IMG/VR virus record: IMGVR_UViG_3300031998_000005 | DNA from: a virus | Taxonomy: Duplodnaviria > Caudoviricetes | DNA length: 64,000 nt | Direction: 5' to 3' (one strand) | Shown here: piece after piece, positions 20,115-29,223 of the stretch | How positions within the stretch are numbered: position 1 is the first letter of the stretch | How the letters are laid out: the number at the start of each line of letters is the position of its first letter | Program-made: the position numbers and the translations under genes | The notes under the pieces: generated by a model | Told to the model about the DNA's origin: nothing | Database searches by the model: none | What the model saw: only the letters and a program-made list of their open reading frames with translations

Positions 20115-20897
20115 TTAATCGGTAATCTCTTGGTCAAGAACTCGTAAAATAGGAACGGAGTTTTGACCAGGTGCAGCCCATACCAAGAACGTAGCCATCT
20201 TGCCAAGTTCAATAGAAACCGTCGTCACCTGTTGGTCATCATCACTATGGTGGATATGCAACGTAACCGCCCCATAGGACACAGACCCATCATAACTTGT
20301 GTTCGCCCCAATAAACGTAACGAGTGTGCAATACTGCCTGTTAGACGCATACAGGGTTTCATTCACAGCGGGTGCTTTGATATACAGGTTGTATTCCGAA
20401 ATATGTTCATCAGTAGCCGAAGCAGGGTAGCCCAACCAAATAAACCTTGCAAGTTCAAACAGGCTCACACGGATTTCGGGCTTTTGGGCTACACGGCAGG
20501 AATAATAAGTATTGTTCAAATTACGAACAATGCCCAAATTACTCTCATACTTTTCATAGGGGTCTGTAAAACTACCGCCATCGCCCGAAATCCACGTTTT
20601 AGCCGTCTGCTGTGTCGTAGAAATATGACCTGTTCCGGGGCCATATTTAGTCTTTAACTTTATTGAAAAAACTTCGGGGTAGTCCAACGACAACCCTTTA
20701 ACAAGGTCTTCACGTATCTTCGCAAGGTTATCTACCTCGTGGACGTGATTAGACAACACTATCTTCACGGTCCGTGGAGTAGTCGTATCACAAATCAAAT
20801 CCCATTTGGTAACGATTTCGGCAATATCGCTCTGTGCTTCCGCAAGCATTTTCAATGCGGAAGCGAAATCTACGAGTGCAGCAGGCATTTGTTCCAT
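20115..20897 (-). CDS. Putative tail fibre/receptor-binding protein
   Basis: 260 aa directly after the wedge gene. Confidence 0.45.
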   Translation of the reverse strand: MEQMPAALVDFASALKMLAEAQSDIAEIVTKWDLICDTTTPRTVKIVLSNHVHEVDNLAKIREDLVKGLSLDYPEVFSIKLKTKYGPGTGHISTTQQTAKTWISGDGGSFTDPYEKYESNLGIVRNLNNTYYSCRVAQKPEIRVSLFELARFIWLGYPASATDEHISEYNLYIKAPAVNETLYASNRQYCTLVTFIGANTSYDGSVSYGAVTLHIHHSDDDQQVTTVSIELGKMATFLVWAAPGQNSVPILRVLDQEITD

Positions 20898-20900
20898 AGG

Positions 20901-22901
20901 TTATTTCCTCGCTCCAAGAATTTCAGTAAGGTCCACAGACAGCATACTAGGTGGAACATAAGTCGCAGACGGCAACGGCAACTCTACTTCCATCTTTGAG
21001 TTATCCACCGCCACCAACCGCAACATCACATACACGGAGGACAGGTTGAACTTTTCCGTCAGCAACGAGTTCAACGTATCGGCTCGCAACACCTTACCAA
21101 CGTGATAGCAAATATAATCTTCAATCGTTGCACGAACTTGCTGTTGCATAGTATAGGGGGCGGTATATTTGATTTCAACCTCAACCCCGACTTGCCCAAG
21201 CGGTTCAACCACCACGGACGTGAACCCAAGTTTACCCGATATGTTGAAATACCCCTTAATCTCGGATTCAAAGATAGACTGCGTAAGTTGCTCGTAATCA
21301 TCAAACCGATAACTGACGTTATAGGCTACACCCGTAGACTCGTCATCTTCAAGTTCAAGGGCTTCTTCACGGGTAACCCAAAAGCGGTCTTCGCTATACA
21401 ACGAAATATCTTCTTCACTACCAGGTTCAACAGTCTGCCCACCATCACGCAAAGCAAGCCAAAGTTGCTTCGTCTTGGAATGATACACGACATCGCCTTG
21501 ATAGTAAACCCCGTGTTCATCCCAATATCTGCGGTTCTTCAAGACAAGCCCCGACAGCACGATAGTCGCATTGTCATACACACAAGCAGACGGATAATAG
21601 CGATTGTAAATCTGCGACAGGGAGTTCCCGTTAGCCAAAGACATATAGAACACCCAACCTCGTTTGGACGAAGGCAAGCCCCTATGGTTCGGGTCGGAAC
21701 AGATATACACGTTCCCCATATGGACAACCATTTCCCCAGGATTGTATCGCTTATACTGATTAAACTTGTAGCGTTCAAAGAAAATCTTGGCTTCGGTCTT
21801 TCGTCCGTTCTTGGCATCCACGTAGCCTTGGTTCAAAAGCGACATAGTTTTCCAAGTAGCCCAATTATACTCCCTACGAGCAAAACAGGACTTAACGAAC
21901 GGAACTTTACTGACCTCGGTAACAAGGTCACGTTCGTCCGTAATCTTACTAGCAGCAAAAAATTCAGCAACCGCACGGGAACGCAACGTAGTAGCAGAAT
22001 CCCCCGTATTCATCGGAGAAAGCATAGGGGTGCTTTCGCCATTCAAAACCACTTCCGTAATATCACGATTGAACTTGATAGACGAATGGTCCACGGGTGC
22101 AAGACTTTCGCACTTAACATAGGACACGATGACCCGCTTAATCGGGGCTTTACCCTTGCTGTTATAACCCTTACCGAAGATTTCGCCATCCCCAAGGGTC
22201 AAGGTCATACCACGAGGAGTATGCTGTAACAACGCCGCCTTGGAGTTATCGGGCATACCCAAAAGTTCATCAAGCGACCAAGCCAAGTCCAACCAAATGG
22301 GGGCTTCGTCATTGTCCATTTCCAACTTGATTTCAACGGATTCCGACCATATAGACTTATAAGTTTCCCCGATATAGACAGGGGCAAAAATACCTGGGGT
22401 ATATCCGTCAAATCCCGAATCTATGGTCTGTTGGACATAATCGCCTGCACAAAACAAGGCTTCGTATTCCGTTCCCTTTTCGGAACCCTCAACGTGTCCT
22501 GTTTCGTTAATCTTGAATACAATAAGGTTAGTCTTCGTGCCATCTTTAAGAGCGATAGTTCCCAAAGAACTCCAACGAGTATAAGTCCGCTCCGACCAAA
22601 AACGGAACGGAGTAGCATAGTTAATCTTCGGGGGAGTAATAGACTCAATGCTGTTAAGCAAGACACCTTCCGCAAGTTTGAGCAGATATGCGTCATTACT
22701 ATACAGGACATCCATATTCAACAAATGGGACGCAGCACGGGCGGTCACAGCGTCAAGCCCATAAACGAGCATTTGCAGGAAAGAGCGGGTCTGCTGTCCA
22801 AATACTGCGGAGTCCTTGTTGAGCGTGGCTGCGGAACGCCCCAACCTTTCCTGTATAGAAAGGTTAGCCAGGGCAAAATGGTCAAAGAACTGCTGTGCCA
22901 T
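20901..22901 (-). CDS. Baseplate wedge subunit, gp6/J-like
   Basis: LTLGDGEIFGK, GDSATTLRSRA and KITDERDL match the gp6 FGDG...G.E...IR...VT..DY pattern. Confidence 0.75.
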   Translation of the reverse strand: MAQQFFDHFALANLSIQERLGRSAATLNKDSAVFGQQTRSFLQMLVYGLDAVTARAASHLLNMDVLYSNDAYLLKLAEGVLLNSIESITPPKINYATPFRFWSERTYTRWSSLGTIALKDGTKTNLIVFKINETGHVEGSEKGTEYEALFCAGDYVQQTIDSGFDGYTPGIFAPVYIGETYKSIWSESVEIKLEMDNDEAPIWLDLAWSLDELLGMPDNSKAALLQHTPRGMTLTLGDGEIFGKGYNSKGKAPIKRVIVSYVKCESLAPVDHSSIKFNRDITEVVLNGESTPMLSPMNTGDSATTLRSRAVAEFFAASKITDERDLVTEVSKVPFVKSCFARREYNWATWKTMSLLNQGYVDAKNGRKTEAKIFFERYKFNQYKRYNPGEMVVHMGNVYICSDPNHRGLPSSKRGWVFYMSLANGNSLSQIYNRYYPSACVYDNATIVLSGLVLKNRRYWDEHGVYYQGDVVYHSKTKQLWLALRDGGQTVEPGSEEDISLYSEDRFWVTREEALELEDDESTGVAYNVSYRFDDYEQLTQSIFESEIKGYFNISGKLGFTSVVVEPLGQVGVEVEIKYTAPYTMQQQVRATIEDYICYHVGKVLRADTLNSLLTEKFNLSSVYVMLRLVAVDNSKMEVELPLPSATYVPPSMLSVDLTEILGARK

Positions 22902-22911
22902 CGTTCATACC

Positions 22912-23253
22912 TCAAACTATCGCATTTACGTCAAATGTTTCAGTTCCAAAAGTCAGTTGCAAGTCCACTGTAAAATGGTCATCCCCTTGGGGAGAAATAA
23001 CGTCTATCCCCAAGATTTCGTCCTCACGAACCACCTGTGAACGGATTAAAATTTCGTGGATTTTCCGCTTGACGGACGCAATACCTTGAAAATCCGTATA
23101 ATCGCCAATAGCATCCCCAAGACTAGGAATCGGGGGGTCAGTATAGCCCAAATCCCCAAAAGCCAAGATAACGCACTTACAAGCCTGCAAGCGTTCTTTG
23201 CTACCGACTATTAAAAGTTCGTTTGTTCCGTCATAATCGTGGTTAAAATCCAT
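22912..23253 (-). CDS. Baseplate gp25-like subunit
   Basis: 113 aa, PSLG motif, immediately upstream of gp6-like gene. Confidence 0.5.
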   Translation of the reverse strand: MDFNHDYDGTNELLIVGSKERLQACKCVILAFGDLGYTDPPIPSLGDAIGDYTDFQGIASVKRKIHEILIRSQVVREDEILGIDVISPQGDDHFTVDLQLTFGTETFDVNAIV

Positions 23254-23282
23254 ACCTTAAATATATATATTTTAAGGCAGGA

Positions 23283-24182
23283 TTAAACCTCAAAGGAACT
23301 CTTATTCGGGTATTTGCCTGCCAAATAGTCCTTTGTAAGCCTTACGTGCTTGCCATCTGTGTCATTAAAGCACACAACCTGGCGGGTATCGGCTTCTGCG
23401 AACATCTGCTTGGAGAACGTAGGCATTTCAAAATAACCCTTATGGGGGAACTTGTCGCTGTGGACAGACATCCCCGCCACATTTTGAGCCATCATCAACA
23501 TCATATGGTTATAGTCGTGGTCTCTACGCCACTTGCCCAAACCCTTGGAAATTCTATCCCACTCGTCATTCAAGAACGCCTTACAGAACTCGGCATTGTA
23601 AACCTGGAACAAGTGATGCCAATGATAATAGGGCAATGGCTTGGCATAGTGGTCCATAACCAACTTATGCCCGTTCGTCAAGGTTTTACGGAACTGATTG
23701 AACACGCCATAAGCATCACGGCTCTCAAAGAAAGCCAAAGGTTTCCCGTCCTGCTCAAAGCAAGAATCATCCACAGGGGCATTGACATACATATCGTCAT
23801 TTGACAAAATGAAATTGCCCTTCAAGTCCAATTCCTTAATGGCACAAAGTTCAATAGTGCTACTATTGAAACAGGGTCTATGCTTATCGGGAATAAACTC
23901 GTTATGGTAATGGGCTACAATGCGAGGGTCATCTTTACGCAAGAATGACGGGAACTGCGACGGTTGCATTAAGAGCAGATGAACCTTGGTCAAAGACTTG
24001 TAGTTCTGCTCCAACGCCCGCCACCAATACTTGAAAAGCCCGTGGCTAGAATACCTACGACGAAATGGCACGAAGAAAATCTGTCGTGCCTTTTCATTCT
24101 TGGGGTGTAAGTTCTTCGCTTTTAGAAAAACATCAAGCCAAGCATCGTCATCGGATTCCACAAAGGGAATGACTATATCCAA
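23283..24182 (-). CDS. Stealth-family hexose-1-phosphate transferase
   Basis: CR1 DIVIPFVESDDDAW, CR2 HNEFIP..HRPCFNSSTIE and FILSNDDMY, CR4 VVCFND; TTG start with AAGGAG SD. Confidence 0.88.
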   Translation of the reverse strand: MDIVIPFVESDDDAWLDVFLKAKNLHPKNEKARQIFFVPFRRRYSSHGLFKYWWRALEQNYKSLTKVHLLLMQPSQFPSFLRKDDPRIVAHYHNEFIPDKHRPCFNSSTIELCAIKELDLKGNFILSNDDMYVNAPVDDSCFEQDGKPLAFFESRDAYGVFNQFRKTLTNGHKLVMDHYAKPLPYYHWHHLFQVYNAEFCKAFLNDEWDRISKGLGKWRRDHDYNHMMLMMAQNVAGMSVHSDKFPHKGYFEMPTFSKQMFAEADTRQVVCFNDTDGKHVRLTKDYLAGKYPNKSSFEV

Positions 24183-24197
24183 AAGGGTGTTGCTCCT

Positions 24198-24329
24198 TTA
24201 ATCGCAAATCTTCTTACGGGTGTTTTTGTTAGACGCACTTTCAGCGGTCTGCTTGCCATCAAACTCAATCTTGACGGTCTTGACACCCTGCGGAATTTTG
24301 ACGATTACTTCGTCCATCTTCTGTGCCAT
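24198..24329 (-). CDS. 43 aa hypothetical protein
   Basis: Not in ORF track; MAQKMDEVIVKIPQGVKTVKIEFDG...; TAATG overlap with upstream gene and GGAG SD. Confidence 0.65.
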   Translation of the reverse strand: MAQKMDEVIVKIPQGVKTVKIEFDGKQTAESASNKNTRKKICD

Positions 24330-24685
24330 TAGAAATTCTCCTTGTTCCTACGACGACGCTTTCTCGGAGTTTCTTCGGTCGGAACTACGTCAGTCGGAGT
24401 TTCATCGCTCGGAACAGACGGCTGTTCAACAGAAGTTTCTACGGGTTCTTCAACCTTGGTTTCCACGACAGGTTCTACCACCTTGGGCTGTTCAACGGGA
24501 GTTTCCACAACCTTGGGAATTTCCACCTTGGGGGCTTCAACCTTGGGCTGTTCCACAGGCTTTGTAGCCTTGGGAGCGACAGGCTGTTCCTTCTTTACGG
24601 GCTTCGGCTGTGCAGGCTTCGTCTGCGTGGGCTTGGCACGACGCTTGTTAATGAGCGACTTGAGTTCGGACAGTTTCTTGTTCAT
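24329..24685 (-). CDS. Low-complexity P/V/E/K repeat protein with basic ends
   Basis: PVEQPKVEAPKVEIPKVVETPVEQPKV repeats; C-terminal PRKRRRR. Confidence 0.7.
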   Translation of the reverse strand: MNKKLSELKSLINKRRAKPTQTKPAQPKPVKKEQPVAPKATKPVEQPKVEAPKVEIPKVVETPVEQPKVVEPVVETKVEEPVETSVEQPSVPSDETPTDVVPTEETPRKRRRRNKENF

Positions 24686-24854
24686 CTTTCAGTTCCTTTT
24701 TGTTCTTGGGAGCAAGGCGAGCCTCAATCTCCCCCATTCGTGTTTCAAATAAATGTAAATAATTTCGGAGAACTGCGACACGGATTATGAGAAAAATATC
24801 AAGGATTACCGCTAGAATCAGCAGAATCGTGAGAATTAGTGTTGATGTTGCCAT
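24648..24854 (-). CDS. Single-pass membrane protein, lysis-cluster accessory
   Basis: Hydrophobic N-terminus then short coiled coil. Confidence 0.55.
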   Translation of the reverse strand: MATSTLILTILLILAVILDIFLIIRVAVLRNYLHLFETRMGEIEARLAPKNKKELKDEQETVRTQVAH

Positions 24855-25131
24855 TTTCCACCTCGGTTTTATTAGGACGTAAGAGAATATCTACTTGTGC
24901 CTGCAAGTCATCCAAAAGTGTTTCTTGGAATGCCAACCTGTCTTTCACGCCCGTTATTCCAAAACGAACCTTGGTATTGGCTTCCCGCAAAGCACGAAAC
25001 AACTTTTCAAACTTTTGGAACTGCTCCATAGCCTTGCGAACCTGTATCACAAGATACACACAGGAAATCAGCAAAGCCAATGGCAAAATGCAAGATACAA
25101 TTTGACTTAACAATTCCATAGACATACTCAT
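24799..25131 (-). CDS. Membrane-anchored coiled-coil protein, possibly spanin-like
   Basis: N-terminal TM helix plus coiled coil, next to the endopeptidase. Confidence 0.45.
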   Translation of the reverse strand: MSMSMELLSQIVSCILPLALLISCVYLVIQVRKAMEQFQKFEKLFRALREANTKVRFGITGVKDRLAFQETLLDDLQAQVDILLRPNKTEVENGNINTNSHDSADSSGNP

Positions 25132-25152
25132 ACAATAAATATAGCACCATAC

Positions 25153-25566
25153 TTACTTTTTCAAGTAAACACAAGCAACTACATCCTTACGAATAGGGCG
25201 AATACGGATAAATCCCGTAGATGTCGCAGCCGTCTTACAAGACGAGCCACCGCCCCCCGCTTCAAGCATCAAACCATCCCCAAGGGCTACAGCAACGTGA
25301 GTAATCTTGGATGTAGATTTCCCAAAGAATAGAATATCCCCATCGTGGGCATTATCCACATTCCCTTCTTTCCAAGTAGCCGTCTTGGTAAGGTGGTCAT
25401 ACAATCCCTGTGCGGTCGTATCAGCACCTGTGTATAGACCAAAAGCCCAAAGACCTTCTAGGACAAGCCCACTGCAATCAAAGCCGTGGGCAGTCTTTCC
25501 TGTTCCATTCCCACCCCAAATATACGGGCGACCAATAAAGGTTTTCAAATACTCCGTAAGCGTCAT
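25153..25566 (-). CDS. NlpC/P60 cell-wall peptidase, probable endolysin
   Basis: GRPYIWGG, GFDCSGLV, GDILFF, HVAV. Confidence 0.92.
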   Translation of the reverse strand: MTLTEYLKTFIGRPYIWGGNGTGKTAHGFDCSGLVLEGLWAFGLYTGADTTAQGLYDHLTKTATWKEGNVDNAHDGDILFFGKSTSKITHVAVALGDGLMLEAGGGGSSCKTAATSTGFIRIRPIRKDVVACVYLKK

Positions 25567-25570
25567 ACAA

Positions 25571-26041
25571 CTACCCCGCTTCCTTTGCAGACCATCTAAA
25601 CGTGAAAAGCGTCCTGTTCGTGTCCGTCAAGAAATCATCTTCTTCATAGGCAGACTTTCCAAATGCACGAACAGAATAATAAACCACGTTCCGCTTAATT
25701 TTACCCATACCCGCCCATTCAAGACCATCACGCAAGAACTCGTCCGAAAGTTCACGGGTAGCAGGGTGTTCCCCCTCGCAGGCATCACAGGGAGTGTAGA
25801 ACGCATCGTGAATAAGATAAATCAGTGATTTCTTTTCATCGCCAACCTGGTCAATGAACCCGTCCACAAAGCGACCGCCACTGCGGAAATTCGTAACAAA
25901 CCCTGCCTTAAAACCAAACTCAAAGCAACCAATATCCGTAATCACGGATATGTTCGTGTCCTGGGATAACTTGTAATAGCGATTTCCCGTGGGAGTAACC
26001 GCCAAGCAAGGTTTATCCATAACTATGGAATAGATATTCAT
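25571..26041 (-). CDS. DUF1353-like protein
   Basis: AGFVTNFRS, LIHDAFY, RELSDEFL, YYSVRAFG. Confidence 0.75.
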   Translation of the reverse strand: MNIYSIVMDKPCLAVTPTGNRYYKLSQDTNISVITDIGCFEFGFKAGFVTNFRSGGRFVDGFIDQVGDEKKSLIYLIHDAFYTPCDACEGEHPATRELSDEFLRDGLEWAGMGKIKRNVVYYSVRAFGKSAYEEDDFLTDTNRTLFTFRWSAKEAG

Positions 26042-26298
26042 TTAGAACCCCCCTGCTTATACCTTTCGGATAATGCACCTTTAATGAAAGCAACATCACC
26101 CGCCATTGTGTTTATACGCTCGTAGATAGCGTTAAGTTCACCCGACCGAGCCTTGTTTGCTTCCTCAAGGTCTTCTTCAAGTTTCTGTATTCGCTTGGCG
26201 TGGTCACGTATCACAAATGCAGCCCACGCTAAACATAAAGCAGCAGGCACACCTATAACACTAGATAAATTCGTAAGCACATCTAAAAGTTGTTCCAT
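26038..26298 (-). CDS. Holin-like protein
   Basis: One TM helix plus coiled coil, upstream of the peptidase. Confidence 0.5.
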   Translation of the reverse strand: MEQLLDVLTNLSSVIGVPAALCLAWAAFVIRDHAKRIQKLEEDLEEANKARSGELNAIYERINTMAGDVAFIKGALSERYKQGGSK

Positions 26299-26316
26299 AA
26301 ACTAACCCTCCATTGA

Positions 26317-27735
26317 TTACGAATTTGCAGTAGCAATCGGAGTAAAACCTACGGCTGACCACCCGCCCCCAGATGTAATGGTAGCACCAATATACCCATA
26401 CTGACCATCTGCCGTAATCGGAGTAGAAGCAAAGAAATATACAAGACCAGCGTGTGCCCTAACCGCACGATGCGACAGAAACAACTCGGCATCATCATTT
26501 TCACTTACAGAAACGTGCGAAATCAGCAAAGTCTTACCCGCTTCGTAAGCATTATGCAATTCTTGATAAGTTGTAGTTCCGTAAGTCACAAGGAATATAG
26601 GAGAACTACCACTAATAGATTTAGGAGTAGCCGTCCAATCGTAAGTGCTGGAATAAAAACTATTACTATACTCCATAAACGAACCATCGTCCTTCGGACT
26701 TTCCCTAAACAGGACAGAAGTTCCCCCACTAACTACCATAGCAGTTCCGCATACAGTTCCATCACGACTTGTGCGGATAAGCATTATCGGCATCTTACCT
26801 TCAGCCATAGCCGTAAGAATATCCGTAGCCTTCACCAAATGACCATCACTATCCCTACAGCGGTTCGTATCACTTTCATACTCATAAACCGCAACGGGAG
26901 GTATCTTATCCAATGTATAATTGAGAGCAATTACTAACCCATCAACCCCTGTAAAGTTTGCCTGTGTGGAAGTAGCACTATCACAGATAAACAGGGAGTC
27001 GCCAAATACATAATACCAACCCTTTGTATAACGCAAATCCGTTCCTGTAATCTCCAATTCTTCGCCCGCATTAGGGTCATACAGATTAGGGTCAATCAAA
27101 TGGCGAACACCATACACTGCACCGCTAGTAATAGGGTCTTTACTATTTTCTACAGGTAGAGCATCGGGATGTTTCCATACAAGAAACGGGGGATTAGCAT
27201 TAGTCTTGGCTACCAACACGTCCCCAGGGGCAAACTCACCATCTGCATCGGGCGGGGTAATCGGAATAATAGCACCCAAATCGTTGCCACTACCCATACG
27301 GATAACGACAAGTCCCGTGCCCATCTTCTTTTCAAGATTTACGGGAGCAAACACAGGCGGTTCAGCACGACCACTGCTAGTATATGCCTGGAACATAGAA
27401 GACTTGATGTCGTGTCCATCTGCGTCCTTATAAGCCATTTCCGCAGCAAATTTAACATCATCAAGACTAACCCACAATTCAGTGTTCTCATCATAGGGAG
27501 ATTCAGCCTTGACCACCGATGTCCAATCGCTAGTCCCGTCTTCTTCTCCCATAAACAAACTCTTGCTAGTAGGAACAGGAATAGCCCCATCGCCTGCGGG
27601 GATAAGTTCATCGCCATACTTGACATACAGCAAACGGTCCGTAGTGCATAAGCCCAACTCACGCTCAATAAGTTTTTCTTGGAGAGTTGCCAAATCTCCC
27701 GCCCGAATCAACTGCTTGGATGCTATCTTTGCCAT
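26317..27735 (-). CDS. Putative tail fibre/spike protein
   Basis: N-terminal LIERELGLCTTDRLLYVKYGD fibre-anchor pattern; PVENSKDPITSGAVY fibre repeat. Confidence 0.6.
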   Translation of the reverse strand: MAKIASKQLIRAGDLATLQEKLIERELGLCTTDRLLYVKYGDELIPAGDGAIPVPTSKSLFMGEEDGTSDWTSVVKAESPYDENTELWVSLDDVKFAAEMAYKDADGHDIKSSMFQAYTSSGRAEPPVFAPVNLEKKMGTGLVVIRMGSGNDLGAIIPITPPDADGEFAPGDVLVAKTNANPPFLVWKHPDALPVENSKDPITSGAVYGVRHLIDPNLYDPNAGEELEITGTDLRYTKGWYYVFGDSLFICDSATSTQANFTGVDGLVIALNYTLDKIPPVAVYEYESDTNRCRDSDGHLVKATDILTAMAEGKMPIMLIRTSRDGTVCGTAMVVSGGTSVLFRESPKDDGSFMEYSNSFYSSTYDWTATPKSISGSSPIFLVTYGTTTYQELHNAYEAGKTLLISHVSVSENDDAELFLSHRAVRAHAGLVYFFASTPITADGQYGYIGATITSGGGWSAVGFTPIATANS

Positions 27736-27770
27736 AAGACTAAATCCTCATATTCAACTTAAATATAATT

Positions 27771-27798
27771 AAAAAGCCCGATACAGGGTATCGGGGTT
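27771..27798 (-). terminator. Intrinsic terminator
   Basis: CCCGATAC-agg-GTATCGGG stem followed by T-run on the minus strand. Confidence 0.7.
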
Positions 27799-27806
27799 CT
27801 TCACAT

Positions 27807-28169
27807 TTAGACCGCTACGGCTACATTATCCTGTCCGATTAACTGCTCTGCCCTTTTCCTAGCCCTCGCAGCCTTCTTCCACGCAGCCCTTTTAGCCTTA
27901 AATTCGGGGTCGTTCTTATGCTTCTCGTAATATCTCCGTTTCTTTTCTTTGACCTTTTCGGGATTGGCTTTCTCCCACTCCCGTTGCAATCGCAGACATT
28001 CTTCCCTATTAGCCCAATATCGTTTCTTACTCCGTGCCCTAGCCCCAACCTTTCTCTTTTCCTGGGATTCGGGAGAGCGATTAGGATGCTTTATGTGCTT
28101 GGGCTTCACCACGATAGGTGTTTCAAGTAGTCTAGCACGGAGTTTAGACCAATCTATTGTATCAGCCAC
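27807..28169 (-). CDS. Highly basic helical protein
   Basis: Likely GTG start at 28169 with AAGGA SD; RYWANRE/WEKANPEK/RYYEKH repeats; no nuclease motif. Confidence 0.6.
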   Translation of the reverse strand: MADTIDWSKLRARLLETPIVVKPKHIKHPNRSPESQEKRKVGARARSKKRYWANREECLRLQREWEKANPEKVKEKKRRYYEKHKNDPEFKAKRAAWKKAARARKRAEQLIGQDNVAVAV

Positions 28170-28185
28170 AAATATCCTTTGTTTG

Positions 28186-28335
28186 AAAAAGGCGGTGCAG
28201 GGAACCGAGAACCCGCACCGCCCCGCCACACGCCAATGAGCCTGCTACAAAAGTAGCGACGTGTGACTGTTTCCACCCTTATGGAAGCAGACAGGACGGA
28301 ATGGCTACAAACCGAACCTGTCCTTTCCAAATATA
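28186..28335 (-). ncRNA. Structured leader or small RNA with its own -10 box and terminator
   Basis: TATATT at 28335-28330; stems GACAGG/CCUGUC and GUCACACGUC/GGCGUGUGGC enclosing GCUAC-UUUU-GUAGC; terminator GGCGGUGCGGG/CCUGCACCGCC-U5. Confidence 0.55.
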
Positions 28336-28373
28336 CTCAATTACAGGCGAGTGCGTCTTATGTGTCTTGGCTT

Positions 28374-28631
28374 TCACGTGCCCATCGGGGGTATTTTAAC
28401 CCGAACTACAAGTCCATTCTCGTCCTCCTTCCAATAGACATTAGCCCGCCTAAACGCCTTGCCCATTTGTGATACAAGCAATTCAGCCTGGGGTGAGGCT
28501 ACCTTATGAAAATGGAGAGATATGGACGTATAGCCATCGTGTTCAAGAACATCCTTGCCTTCAAGCGACAAGCCCTGCCGTTGCCAAATACCCTCTGCTC
28601 TCACAAGCAACTTATGAGCGTATGCGTTCAC
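28374..28631 (-). CDS. Hypothetical protein
   Basis: 85 aa; GTGA overlap with upstream ORF. Confidence 0.55.
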   Translation of the reverse strand: MNAYAHKLLVRAEGIWQRQGLSLEGKDVLEHDGYTSISLHFHKVASPQAELLVSQMGKAFRRANVYWKEDENGLVVRVKIPPMGT

Positions 28632-28762
28632 TTCTGCTTGCCTTCGTCAGCCGTGGGCTTGGGGAACTTGTTATAGTTAATACAAGCCTTAACCCCGCCC
28701 ATACGATTGGCACAATAAGTCTTGGAATTACACGTATTGCAAAGAGATTCTTTTGCCATCAT
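28628..28762 (-). CDS. 44 aa Cys-rich protein, possibly Zn-binding
   Basis: Not in ORF track; MMAKESLCNTCNSKTYCANRMGGVKAC...; overlapping start/stop coupling at both ends. Confidence 0.6.
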   Translation of the reverse strand: MMAKESLCNTCNSKTYCANRMGGVKACINYNKFPKPTADEGKQK

Positions 28763-29223
28763 TATTCCTTTGGTTCAACTACATCTGCGGTGTTAAGCAA
28801 GATGTGATACAACTGCTCCGACAGCCCAAAGCGGTCTTTGTTCACTTCAAGCGACTGCCGAATGTTGCCACCCTTGTTTCGCTTACAGGCTGCAAGCCAA
28901 TCAAGCCACATTTCTACCAACTGCATAAGGTTCATCCCATCTATGCCGTTTTCAAAATGTTGCGGGTGGTGGTCATTGACCTCGTAGTGATGGTCAAGAG
29001 CAGGACCAAGATATTCAAGCGATTTCTTGTATTCGTCCGAACCATACTGATGCTTGGACAGATGTTGGTGTGTGCCAACATAATCAAAGCGTTCCTTTTC
29101 GGGGTCGTGCAGTTTAGATTCATCGTGTCTTTCCGCACGGTCCATAATGTCCGTGCAGAAATCCGTGGCAAAGTCCACGACCATTTGACGATGGGCAAGC
29201 GTATCTTGTGTAGAGTCAGCCAT
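28762..29223 (-). CDS. DUF5662-like HD-type protein
   Basis: RHDESKL, ALDHHYEVNDHHPQHF, MNLMQLVEMWLDWLAA. Confidence 0.75.
   Translation of the reverse strand: MADSTQDTLAHRQMVVDFATDFCTDIMDRAERHDESKLHDPEKERFDYVGTHQHLSKHQYGSDEYKKSLEYLGPALDHHYEVNDHHPQHFENGIDGMNLMQLVEMWLDWLAACKRNKGGNIRQSLEVNKDRFGLSEQLYHILLNTADVVEPKE

Noticed and set aside
27807-28169. HNH homing endonuclease
   Set aside because: Has only the basic helical repeats; no HNH or Zn-binding catalytic motif
28186-28335. Possible tRNA
   Set aside because: No T-loop GTTCRA in a cloverleaf context and no acceptor stem; kept only as a structured RNA
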